DNA of 64,000 nucleotides from Mobula hypostoma (Eukaryota): positions 123,754,001 through 123,818,000 of the forward strand of contig NC_086097.1 of NCBI RefSeq assembly GCF_963921235.1, written 5' to 3'. A program made the position numbers and the translations under genes. Positions within the stretch are counted from its first letter, which is position 1, and each line of letters opens with the position of its first letter. The notes under the pieces were generated by a model. That model was not told the DNA's origin, did no database searches, and saw nothing but the letters and a program-made list of their open reading frames with translations. Positions 38,076 to 49,659 of this stretch are shown in pieces.

Positions 38076-38902
38076 TAATACCTCAGTTTTCCCTTTTAAA
38101 AGTACATATTTATTGTTACTAATTCATTCATCAATGATATTCTTTGCTCAAAATTACCATGGCAAGCGGGAAAATGTTTTAGAAAATTATCACCAGTTTG
38201 GACACACACTCTCCAGGAAGTTCACCACCTCTGGTCTTCTTAGGTGTATTTGACAATGGAGTATTGCAACCTAACCAAATGCCCTGAATATCCCAGCTTC
38301 TATTTCCGAACATATGGATGTTTGGAACATTGATATTATTTTTCCTTCTCTCATGTCTGAGCAGCTGAGGGTGAAGGGCTATTCCAGCCGAGATCAACAT
38401 AGAGTTCAAACAGAACCGTAGTTTTCTTTTTCTTAAACTTAGTAACAAGCGTATTTGACAACCCTGCAGCTGAGCACAATTTTTTTTCAAAGAATTAAAA
38501 TATGTTACTATTTTTACTATTAATCTTTGAGTTTGGTTATGGGCAAGGGCAAAGACACAGACTTGATAAATATTGAGAAAGAATTTACTAAGATATTAAA
38601 ATTGATAAATTAATGTCTGTGATAAAGAGTATTGTGTGCCATATGTGAAAGGCTAATCGGCCTTTTCCATTCCAATTTTCGTACATCCTCCTTGCTCACC
38701 TAAATCTTTATATTCTACCCTCATCTCGTCACCAAACAGGGCACCAAGCATTGAGAATAAGGTAGTATTTCATGCAGACCCAACATCTTTGATTAAGGAA
38801 GTAATGTTTAACTTATTCTCAACTTTTGTTTTAAGTTGTAATTGTGATGACTTGAGTTCATTGTCAAAACTGACCATACCAATCCAATTTTTCTACCCTC
38901 AG

Positions 38903-39001
38903 AATATGAAGATGGAGACTTGTCTTCATGGGTGAATAAGGAAAGATTCTTGGGATATCTTTACATTGATGCTTTCACTTTGTATGAACTTGCAGATACA
39001 G
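38903..39001 (+). CDS. TMX3: TMX3 internal exon (equivalent to human exon 10), 99 nt
   Basis: ag|...|gt. Encodes EYEDGDLSSWVNKERFLGYLYIDAFTLYELADTG, versus human EYEDGDLSSWINRERFQNYLAMDGFLLYELGDTG. Confidence 0.95.
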
Positions 39002-39289
39002 GTACACTTCCATTTCATTTCTTTGTATCGGACTTTTAATAGTAAAATATTTTAAACATTTTTGTAATTTGAAATTCTTCTGAATAAAATTGCAATATTT
39101 ATATTTGATTTGCTTGCTAGGTTTATATTTGTGAAGCTCATACTATAACTTTCTGATACCTGGAATATGAGGTGCAAGTTGCGTAGAAACTGACAGCTAG
39201 ACTAAGTTAACAAATGAGAAAAGTATTAGAGCATTAATTTAGGTGGTTCACCTTGGTTAAAAATGACAAGTGCATTGAGGGAACTAAAT

Positions 39290-39797
39290 ACACTCAGTGG
39301 CTACTGAGTGTACATTTGTGGTCTTTTGCTGCAGGAGCCCACCCACTTACAGGTTTGACATGCTGTGCATTCAGAAAAGCTTTTCTGCTCACCACTGTTG
39401 TGACATCTGGTTATTTGTGTTACTGTCACCTTCCTGTCAGTTTTTGATCCATTCTTCCAATTATTCTTTGACCCCTTGAACAAGGTATTTTCACCCACAA
39501 AACTGCTGCTCACTGGATGTTTTTTTTGTTTCTCACACCATTCCCTGTAAACTCTAGAGACTGTTTGTGAAAATCCCAAGAGATCAACAGTTTCTGGATA
39601 ATCAAGCCAGTCCGTCTGGCATCAATAATCATTCCACGGTCAGAGCCACTTATTTCTTCCCATTCTGATGTGTGATCTGAACAAGAGCTGAACCTTTTGG
39701 CCATGGCTGCATGCTGTTGTGCATTGAGTTGCTGATTAAATATTTGCATTAACAAGCAGGTGTACAGATGTACCTAAAAAGGTGGCCAACTGAGTGT
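39290..39797. mobile_element. Non-autonomous Tc1-type element
   Basis: TA-flanked termini cactcagtgg...ctgagtg. Internal sequence is related to 8068-8617 in the opposite orientation. Confidence 0.7.
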
Positions 39798-40260
39798 ATG
39801 CGATGGGAAGTAAGTTCTTTAACAACCCTGAATTCTTAGGTCCTTTTCTGCAGGGAAACATCACACAGCTATGATGAATTGTCTTGAGGTGGCGAAATCT
39901 CACTACCTCTCTTGTTCATCTCTTAATCTCTTAAATAAATTGTGTCAAGTTGCCTTAGCAATAGAAGGGAAGTAAGCTAAAAGCTCAAAACACAGGAATT
40001 GGTGAAATATTATTTTCTTTGAACAGGTTGTGTGATATTTTGAAAATATCCATTTTGGGACAGTTTAACTCTTGAATGGAACGAAATCAAGACTTTGTAT
40101 TATGAGCATTGTAACACATCCAATGAATACCTTGTTCATGTGTGTTCATACCTGGTTAAAGTTACTGTCACATCCAAATGTATAGGACACCTTGGAATTC
40201 AAATCAATTTTAATATCACTGGGATATGTCGGAAATTTTGTTGTTTGTTTTTATTATATA

Positions 40261-40553
40261 ATAGGCATCCGTTAGTCTCATGAGACCATGGATTTGTGCC
40301 TTGGCAGGCCTGGGCAAGGCTGTATGGAAGACCAGCAGTTGCCCATGCTGCAAGTCTCCCCTCTCCATGCCACTGATGTTGTCCAAAGGAAGGGCATTAG
40401 GACCCATGCAGCTTGGCACCGGTGTCATCGTAGAGCAATGTGTGGTTAAGTGCCTTGCTCAAGGACACAACACGCTGCCTCAGTCAAAGCTCGAACTAGT
40501 GACCTTCAGATCGCTAGACGAATGCCTTAACCACTTGGCCACGTGCCAACACA
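40261..40553 (-). mobile_element. Full-length tRNA-derived SINE (CORE-like box)
   Basis: A-box tggccaagtgg and B-box gttcgagc on the - strand. 12-bp TSD ttttattatata at 40249-40260 and 40554-40565. Confidence 0.9.
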
Positions 40554-41223
40554 TTTTATTATATATTTAAAGTAGGGCAAAAATAGAGCTAAAAAACAGT
40601 GAGGTAGTGTTCATCAGTTGGTTCATAGTCCATTCAGAAATCTGATTGGGGAGGGGAAGAAATAATCTGCAAAATGTTTTTTTTTTCTCTATCCCATGAC
40701 TGCTTTCTGCAGAGTTAAGCAATATTTAAAAACAGAAATGGATTGACCAACATTGGTTGAGGTAGTTTATTACTACAACTGTTTTAAATTGACTTCTAGT
40801 GACCTAAATTGCAGTTGAGTGGGTTTTATAAATCGTTCGACCTTTCTGATGGACTCAAGTAGTAGAAAACAGGGAGAAATATTTATGGTTAAACAGTAAT
40901 TATAAAAGAATCAAGAAAAATTGTGATGACTTTAGAAAATGAAATGAGAAAGAAGGCAGTCATTCGAAAGAAATTTGGGGCATTACAAAGAATCAAACAA
41001 GATCAGTAGACAGCAACAAAAAACTGGATTCAATGACGAAGCCATGTTGGCCTAAAGTAATCCACACATTGACTGAGACCCCACAGGTCTAAAAAAAGTT
41101 TTTCTCGTGCTATGGGTGTAATGCATTGAATTGAATTGAGGTGATTTGATAGTTAAATCATTTGATGCAAATAGTTTTGGTTCAAGAGAACCCTGTGATA
41201 TAATGACTGCATGATTTCTTCAG

Positions 41224-41281
41224 GAAAGCTTGTGGTGGTTGCTGTTATCGATGGCAAGAATTCATCTGACGAACATGCTAG
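41224..41281 (+). CDS. TMX3: TMX3 internal exon (exon 11 equivalent), 58 nt
   Basis: cag|...|gtatga. Encodes GKLVVVAVIDGKNSSDEHAR, versus human GKLVALAVIDEKNTSVEHTR. Confidence 0.95.
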
Positions 41282-41396
41282 GTATGATTTGTTGACCTTC
41301 CACAATGGTTATAAAGTTTATAAGAATTGGGAATTAACATTCTAACTGCTACTAGAAATACTGTACTTTGTTTAAAAGTAATTAGAGCATTAAAAT

Positions 41397-41648
41397 TTGT
41401 TGCCAATCACCTGTCCAGCTCTTGGCTCCATCCCTCCCCCTCCTGTCTTCTCCTATCATTTTGGATCTCTCCCTCCCCCTCCCACTTTCAAATCTCTTAC
41501 TAACTCTTCCTTCAGTTAGTCCTGACGAAGGGTCTCGGCCCGAAACATCGACTGTACCTCCTCCTAGAGATGATGCCTGGCCTGCTGAGTTCACCAGCAA
41601 CTTTGATGTGTGTTGCTTGAATTTTCAGCGTCTACAGAATTCCTCGTA
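41397..41648 (+). mobile_element. Solo Penelope pLTR fragment with hammerhead motif at 41518-41553
   Basis: Closely matches 15845-16058 and contains agtcctgacgaagggtctcggcccgaaacatcgact. Confidence 0.85.
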
Positions 41649-41649
41649 T

Positions 41650-42512
41650 ATACAACCCTGAGGTTCTTTCTGTGAACATGTAACAATAACTGTAAACAGT
41701 AAACATCAGGAACTGTAAATTGTAAACAAATGCGCAAATGCAGATATAAATAAATAGCCATAAATAATGAACATAAAATAACAATATAACAGAGTCCTTA
41801 AATGCGTCCTTAAAGGAGTGTAGCTATCCCCTTTTGTTCAAGGGTCTGATAGCTGAGGGGTAGTAACTGTTTTTGAACCTGGTGGTGCATGTCCTGAGGC
41901 TCTTGTACCTTCTACCTGATGGCAGCAGTGAGAAAAGGCAATGGCCTGGGTGGTGAGGATCTTTGATGATGGGTGCTGCTTTTCTGTTACAACATTTCAT
42001 ATAGATGAACTCAATGGTTGGAAGGGTTTTACCCATGATGTACTGTGCAGAATCCACTACTTTTCTTAAGATTTTCTGCTCAAAGGCATTGGTGTTCCCA
42101 TATCAGGCTGTAATCAGCCAGTCAGCACACTCTCCACTACATCTATAGAGGTTTGCCTAGGTTTTCAATGACAAGATGAACCTCCGTAGACTCCTGAGGA
42201 ACTAGAGGCACTGTGGTGCTTTCTTCGCAATAATATTGATACGATGGGTCCAGGACAGGTCCTCTGAGATAGTGACACTCAGGATTTAAAGTTATTGACC
42301 CTCTCCACCTCTGATCCTCTGATGATTACTGGCTCATGGACCTCTGGTTTCCCTCTCCTGAAGTCCACAATCAGTTCCTTGGTCTTACTGACATTGAGTG
42401 AGAAGTTGTTATTACATCACCCAACCAAGTTTTCAATCTCCCTCTGATGTGCTGATTCATCACCATCTTCGATACAGCCCACAACAGTGGTGTCATCAGC
42501 AAATTTGTATGT
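41650..42512 (-). mobile_element. Rex1/Babar-type LINE 3' part
   Basis: YKFADDTTVVG (ORF 42417-42635) and PSGRRY..TTRFKNSYYPSAIR (ORF 41824-42057). Confidence 0.85.
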
Positions 42513-43053
42513 GTAGATAATTACCACGCGTGTGCAGACACTTGGGAAAGTGATGGCTCTTTTGGAGAACTTGGGACCACTCCCTCTATTCTTGCATCTC
42601 TCCAGCATAAGCAGAGCCTTGTTCAGATTCTGCAAAAGTCACTCTGTGGAAAAGAGTATGTTGGACATTGCTTTGGCATCTGGAACTGGCTCAAAAACCT
42701 GACACCTTCATCAACCTTGTTACATAATGTAACAAGGGGAAGCATTTATTAATTTAATAATATACTTTTCACAACAAGCTTTTTATGTCATGTAATGATG
42801 GAAGGTCCAACAATATGGAGAAAGTGGAAGGAAGTGAAAAGTTAGAGCTTGTTTGTATACCTGACAACATCACCCATGACCAATAGAACCATGTATGTGA
42901 TGAAAAGTACAGGACGAGGGATTGATCCTTATGGGACAAAGCAGGTCATGCCACGTGATAGGAGTGTATGACAGACGTATTGAAACTGTTAGCGATTGTA
43001 ACTATTTGTTAAGAGCAGAAGTAGGAGCAGCCTTCTAATTACATTAATCAAGG
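42506..43053 (-). repeat. Left arm of a ~550-bp inverted duplication (partner 48944-49520)
   Basis: The reverse complement aligns with 48944-49520 along its length, with one ~30-bp gap near the outer end. Confidence 0.92.
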
Positions 43054-43249
43054 TTCTTTTTATGTAATGTAACAAGCGGAAGAATTTAATATTTGCTCTT
43101 AATAATCTATCTCTCACAACAGGCTTTCTTTGTCATTGAATGAGGGAAGGCCTGTACTGCAAATGATTGAAGAGTCAACTTTATTCGCCATATACTGTAT
43201 ATTTACATATGTTGGGAATTTGCTGTCTTGTGTTAAACCAAAATAGGTA

Positions 43250-45650
43250 AGAGCAGAATTAGGCCATTCGGCCCATTGAGTCTGCCCTGCCATTCTATCA
43301 TGGCTAATTTCTGTTCATCTCAACTCTGTTCTAAATGGTATCCCTCTGTTCTGAGGTTATGCCCACTGATCCTAGAATCCCGCACTATAGAAAATGTCCG
43401 CTCCACATCCACCCTATCTAGGCCTTTCAATAGTTGATAGGTTTGAATGAGATTCCCCCCTCCCCCTCATTCATCTAAACTCCAATGACTACAGGCTTAG
43501 AGCTGTCAAATGCTGTGGTCTGATCAATGCTTAATAAAGCCTCAGCATTACATCCTTGCTTTTATATTCTAGTCCTTTCAAAATGAATGCTAACATTGTA
43601 TTTCCCTTGCTTACCTCCGACTCAACCTTCAAGTTAACCTTTAGGGAATCCTGCATGAGGACTCCCAAATTGTTTTGCACCTCTGACTTTTGAATTTTCT
43701 TACTGTTTTGAAATTAGTCTATACTTTTATTCCTTCTACCAAAGTGAATTACCTTACACTTTCCTAAACTATAGTCCATCTGCCACTTCTTTGCCCATTC
43801 TCATAATCTTTCTAAGGGGGTCAGGGGGTATGGAGGGAAGGCTGGGGCGGGGTTCTGAGTTGGATGATCAGCCATGATCATAATAAATGGCGGTGCAGGC
43901 TCGAAGGGCCGAATGGCCTACTCCTGCACCTATTTTCTATGTTTCTAATCCTTTCTGCAGATTCACTACCTGCTGCTCTATCTACCTTCATATCATCCAC
44001 AAACCTGGCCATTAAGCCATCAATTCCATCACCCAGATCATTAATGTATAATGTAAAAAGAAGCAGCCCCAACTCCAATCCTATGGAACACCACTAGTCT
44101 CTGGCTGCCAACTAGAAAAGGCCCCCATTGTTTCCCCAATTGCCCTTCTTGTCAACCAGCTAGTCTTCTAAATATGTTAATATCTTTCCTGTAATACCAT
44201 GGACTGTTATCTTGTTAAGCAGTCTCATGTGCTGGACTTTGTCAAAGGCCTTCTGACATCTTCTCCTCAGTAATAGTGACTGCACTCAGTTCTACCCCCG
44301 ATACTCTCAAACTTCTGGCATACTGCTGGTGTCTTCCACAGTGAAGGCTGATGCAAAATACTTAAGCCCGCCCACCATTTCTTTGTCCCCTTTACTACAT
44401 TTCCAGCATCATTTGCCAGCAGTCCAATGTCCACTCTTGCCTCTCTTACTATATCTGAAAAAAACTTTCTGTATGCTCTTTTATATGATTGCCTTGCTTA
44501 CCTTCATATTTCAATAGTGCGCATGCACCGGTTCTGCATGCAGCCTGGTACAGCCGTTCCGATCTATTCTTACTTTCTTCTTTTTACTTTTTAATTTATG
44601 TTATTTTTTGTATTTTTTTTTCTCACGGTAACACGTCAAAGCTGCACCCTCTCTAACATGCTGGTAGAGAAAGTTTTATTTGGGTTTTCTTTAGCGCTGT
44701 TAATGGTTACATTCCGACACGCGGGTCAGAAGCAAGGTCGCATTGTGTATTCCACGGACCAGCAAATGCCGGCCGGTTTAGTGAGCAGAGCGGCGGACAC
44801 CCCTGCTGAAATCCGGAGGAAAACACACAGAGGATGCAGAGGGGGATCACAAAGCCGAGGAAAGAGGATCGGGTCAAGACAACAGAGACTTTTGGAGGAG
44901 AGGAGTTCGGTGGGTAATACCGTTCCGGCTGACCGGAAGTGCACTGAGAGCGGTAAGCGTAAAGGAATTGGATGCTTACTGTTCTGGCTAACAATGGATG
45001 GTGCAATCCGGGCCTATTACGATCGAGGAACATGTTGCAGACTGGATATTGAACTTTTTACTGTTGGACTTCGGCCACATTCCACCGTGATACAACACTT
45101 GGCAGCCCAGGAGGTTGTTCCTGCCTGTGGCCATCGAACATGTAGCTCCTCCCGTGGAGGGTCAGACACCCCGAGCCAATAGACTGGTCCTGGACTTATT
45201 TTCCATCTGGCATAGTTTGCATTTTGTTGTTTATTTGTTGGGGGTTTTTTGTAATGCTATATTTACGCTCTATTCTTGGTTGGTGCGGCTGTAACAAAAC
45301 CAAATTTCCCTTGGGATTAATAAAGTATATCTATCTATCTATCTAGCTCTCCTTATGGCTTTTTAGTTGCCTTTCTATTGATTTTTGAAACCTTCTCAAT
45401 CCTCTTCCCACTAATTTCTGTTGTACTATATGTCCTTTCTTTTGCTTTTATGTTGTCTTTTAATTCCTTTTTCGACCATGGTTACATGTACAGTATCTGT
45501 GCCTTTCAAATTGCTCCCAGAAACTCCAGTCATTGTTGTTTTGCCATCATCCCTGCTAGTGTCCTCTTCCAATCAACTTTGGTCAGATCCTCTCTCATGC
45601 TTCTGTAATTCCTTTTATTCCACTGTAATACTGATACATCTGACTTTAAC
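43250..45650 (-). mobile_element. Degenerate CR1 LINE with nested insertions
   Basis: LFTLYINDL..F.DD (ORF 43878-44078). A + strand CR1 3' end is nested at ~43816-43946 and a short retroelement at ~44517-45344. Confidence 0.8.
44517..45344 (+). mobile_element. Short non-autonomous LINE-derived element with (TATC)n tail
   Basis: GC-rich 5' part with a RRKTHRGCRGG remnant. It ends aaatttcccttgggattaataaagta(tatc)n. Confidence 0.7.
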
Positions 45651-45723
45651 ATCTCTGTGTTGGTCAGGGCGCTACATGTAACCAAAGCAACAACGTTCAA
45701 CAATTAAAAAGAAAAGAGAATTA

Positions 45724-47305
45724 CAGGTTTCCCCCGCCATCCGAAGGTAGAGTGTTCCTATGAAAGGGTTCGTAAGCCGGAATGTCGTAAAGCGAAGAAG
45801 CAATTACCATTTATTTATATGGGAAAATTTTGTGAGCGTTCGCAGACCCAAAAATAACCTACCAAATCATGCCAAATAACACATAAAACCTAAAATAACA
45901 GTAACATATAGTAAAAACAGGAATGATATGATAAATACACAGCTCATATAAAGTAAAAATACTTCTCTGCAACGATTGCCTGCACAGATCTCCATAGCGA
46001 AAATCTCACGCAAGCACCGTTGGCAGAAAATCTCACGCAAGCGCTGTTGGCAAAAACACTCTCTCCAGTAACCTTTAAGCTATGAAGCTGCCAAATCATA
46101 CCAAATAACACGTAAAAATGCACAGCTTATATAAAGTAGAAATAATGTATGTACAGTGTAGTATCACTTACGGGAGTCGGGAAGACAGCGAGCACATTCA
46201 TGATGGTGTGTTAGACTGAGTCGTCGCAGGGTGGGGTGGTGCAGAGGCCCCCACCCTCCGGGCAGCGACCCGATACTGGTCCGCGAAGAATGCAGCATGC
46301 AGCAGTAGCCGGGAGGCACACAGCACATCTTTAAGAAAAAAGCCGAAATAAACACGCTAATTAATTAGGTGCTGCCCGGCACGTAAATGTCAGCCTGGAT
46401 CAGAGGCGATTGCCGATTGCATCGCCTCTGATCTGGGCCGACAATTACGTGCTGGGCAGCATCTAATTAATTAGTATGTTTATTTCGGCTTTTTTCTTAA
46501 AGATGTGCTGTGTGCCTCCCGGCTACCGCTGCATTCTCCGCGAATCGGTATCTGTCTGTGGCCTGAGGGTTGGGATGGTGGGACACTGGGGTGTCATCTG
46601 TTTTCATTAGGGCAGGCAGCTCATCTTCTCCTATGACTGCCCGCCTCGATGTCGAAGATCGAGGTTCGTCATCTGCTGTGGCTGATGTGGAAGGCTTGCT
46701 TGACTGCTGAGCCTCGCGCATTTTTCTATCATACAGTTCTTTGTATGCACTCAAACCATCCCGCAAATATCCCCTAAACCTACGTACCCTTTCAAAATTA
46801 AAGTCGTACTTTATCATTGCAGCGAAAATCTCACGCAGTTGCTTCACTTTCGCTACTGCATTCAGTTTTGATTGTTATCCTTTCCTCTTCCAATTGCATC
46901 AGCTCTTCATCTATCAGTTCTTGGTCATAGGATGCCAAAACCTCTTCAACATCATCTTCGTCAGCTTCCACAAGCCAAACTCACTTTATCCTTACTTTGT
47001 TCACCGTGATCGAAACGCTTAATTATGTCTAGTTTTACGCTGAGTGTAACACCCTTACGAGCTCTTTCAGGCTTTTCCAACACCTTAGAACTCATCTTGC
47101 TAACGGCTGCTCACAGGCACATGTTTAAGCAATGCCGGTGAGAATGCCGTTCGGAATCTGGGGGAGAGCGGCTGCTCGGGGCACGCGCTGATTTTTTTTC
47201 GTAACAGTGAAAACACCTTCTGTTAGTGAAAACAGGGAACTAATGTAGGTCTTTCGTAACAGTGAGGTTTCGTAAAGCGAACGTTCGAAAAGCGGGGGAC
47301 ACCTG
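45724..47305 (-). mobile_element. Tigger/pogo-like DNA transposon, internally deleted (1582 bp)
   Basis: TA-flanked TIRs caggtttcccccg / cgggggacacctg. ORF 46497-46847 resembles a Tigger transposase C-terminus (..YKELYDRKMREAQQSS). Confidence 0.85.
46284..46542. repeat. Long near-perfect palindrome (~120-bp arms)
   Basis: gtagccgggaggcacacagcacatctttaagaaaaaagccgaaataaac...gaggcgat / atcgcctc...gtttatttcggcttttttcttaaagatgtgctgtgtgcctcccggctac. Confidence 0.9.
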
Positions 47306-48094
47306 TATATAAAAAATAAACTGAGGTTGAAGTATAGATACGGAATAAAATGTGCATAAATATTGTCATGTATTTATAATGTATTATAAAAAGTGGTTTA
47401 TGGTGTTTACAGTGCAGTGACTGAGGTAATAGATGGAGGTGGGGGGTGGGGTACCTAGAATGGATAGTGAGATTTGCTGCCTGAGGGAAGATGCTTTTAA
47501 GATGGTGTGAAGTTTTTGTGTAATATCCCTATACTGTAGTGCTGTCCAGAAGGGAGCATTTGAAAAAGGGTGGATAATGTCCACAATGATAAATGCTGTC
47601 TGCATCTTTGTCTGGGATAGATACAACTCCTGCAGTGATGATAGTCTGTAGCTTTTCTGCTGACCTGATAGTCTGCTGTTGTTTTGACATATTCTGAGAT
47701 GCTACTGCACCAAACAATACTGTGGTGACTGATTCCACAGCCCTTGTAAATTTTACCTTAACTGGTCCTGCAAGAGCCAGATATCCTGGTTTGAGGCACT
47801 CCTTTATCTCTTGCATTTTTGTTTTCTACCACCTTTACTTCAACAACACTATCCCCCCCCACCCACCTGGCCATGATAATACTCTTTGTTATCCTTGTGG
47901 TAGCTCTGTTATTAGTGCCAAATCAAAAAGAGGCTAAAATGAGTCACCTGCAATTATCTCACAGCAGCGGCTACCAGGTGCACTTTGAATCTGACCATTC
48001 AGCTTGCATCATTACTCCACAGCTCATAAGAGAAACTGTTCAGATTCGTCAGAGTCCAACCTCCATCTCATTGATTTTGGTTTTTCAGTGAACC

Positions 48095-48390
48095 GATAAT
48101 ACACATTAGAATTGAACTGATCCTTGAGAATGTCTCTTCCTCATGGGACACATAAATACTGAGTGATCTTCACTTTTATTCCGTGTTTCACTATATCAGA
48201 AATTTTAGCACCATATCATAGACAAACTTGTGTTTCAGTTCACCAGTAATGCACGTTAGAATTGGGTTGATCCTTGAGAATGTCAGCAACGGTTCTCTTC
48301 CTTATGGGATGCATGAATAATGAGTGATCTTCCTTTTTATCCCTGTTTCACTATCTCAGAATTTGTAGCACCATATTATGTACAAATTTT
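48095..48390 (+). repeat. Tandem duplication, two ~150-bp units
   Basis: ttagaattg..tgatccttgagaatgtc..ctcttcct.atggga..tgagtgatcttc..tgtttcactat.tcagaa..tagcaccatat occurs twice. Confidence 0.85.
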
Positions 48391-48943
48391 GTCCAAATCT
48401 ATATTTGGATTAATGTATAGATGGGGTCTCACCAAGTCTCTTAACAAATTAATAGAAGTTTTATGAAGTTATATGAGAGAGCAGTTTATTGCTAACAGGG
48501 CCACCAGAAACTTGGGCCTGTTTCAACCCTTCCCATGTCGATAATTCATTAGACAATATACAGAATATATATTTTCCTTCTGGAAAGCACTATAGAGCTA
48601 TTAAAACAAACGTGATACTATCTTAAAAGTTTCTTCCCCTAGCTGTTAATCTAATCAACCATCCTAGTTTACCCCAACCACCCTCCTTTATCTATTACCC
48701 CCTCACTGCAATGCACTGTAAACACTTTAAACCACTTTTCATAATTTCACATTGTAAATGCATGCTGGTATTTATGTAGATTTTATTCCACATCTGTATT
48801 TTGACCTCTAACTTTATTTTTTTGGTAATTCTTTATTCTTTATAATTGTTGAATGTTGTTGTTTTTGTTGGATGCTGTGCCCTGACCAACCCACCACAGC
48901 AAATTCCTATTACGTGTAAATGTATACAGTGAATAAAGTTGAT

Positions 48944-49520
48944 CCTTGATTAATGTAATTAGAAGGCTGCTCCTACTTCTGCTCTTAACAAATAGTTACA
49001 ATCGCTAACAGTTGCAATACGGCTGTCATACACTCCTATCACGTGGCATTACCTGCCTTGTCCCATAAGGATCAATCCCTCGTCCTGTACTTTTCATCAC
49101 ATACATGGTTCTATTGGTCATGGGTGATGTTGTCAGGTATACAAACAAGCTCTAACTTTTCACTTCCTTCCACTTTCTCCATATTGTTGGACCTTCCATC
49201 ATTACATGACATAAAAAGCTTGTTATGAAAAGTATATTATTAAATTAATAAATGCTTCCCCTTGTTACATTATATAACAAAGTTGATGAAAATGTCAGGT
49301 TTTTGAGCCCAGTTCCAGATGCCGAAGCAATGTCCAGCATCATTCTTTTCCACAGAGCGACTTCTGCAGAGTCTGAACAAGGCTCTGCTTATGCTGGAGA
49401 GATGCAAGAATGGAGGGGGTGGTCTCAAATTCTCCAAAAGAGCTGTCACTTTCCATGAGTCACACCTTTGCTGCTGTCAAAGAACAATCTGCATACTCGT
49501 GGTAATTCTCTACGCATACA
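48944..49520 (+). repeat. Right arm of the inverted duplication; includes an ancient LINE RT remnant
   Basis: Partner of 42506-43053. cccataaggatcaatccctcgtcctgtacttttcatc resembles a decayed VPQGSILGPVLF. Confidence 0.9.
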
Positions 49521-49659
49521 GGATGCTGTCCTTTGACATTTTGCGATTCTTTCCTCATTTAAATTCCTGTTCAGTGTACTCTGTACCCTTACTACTAATT
49601 CCATCAGTCTCCCTTGCCATGGTCATGGACTGACCTACACTGTTTAGAGCTTAGTAATT

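Noticed and set aside
40480..40550. tRNA-like sequence
   Set aside because: It is the head of a SINE bounded by TSDs, not a tRNA gene.
44598..45182. 194-aa ORF with hydrophobic N-terminus
   Set aside because: Lies wholly within a retroelement ending in a (TATC)n tail.
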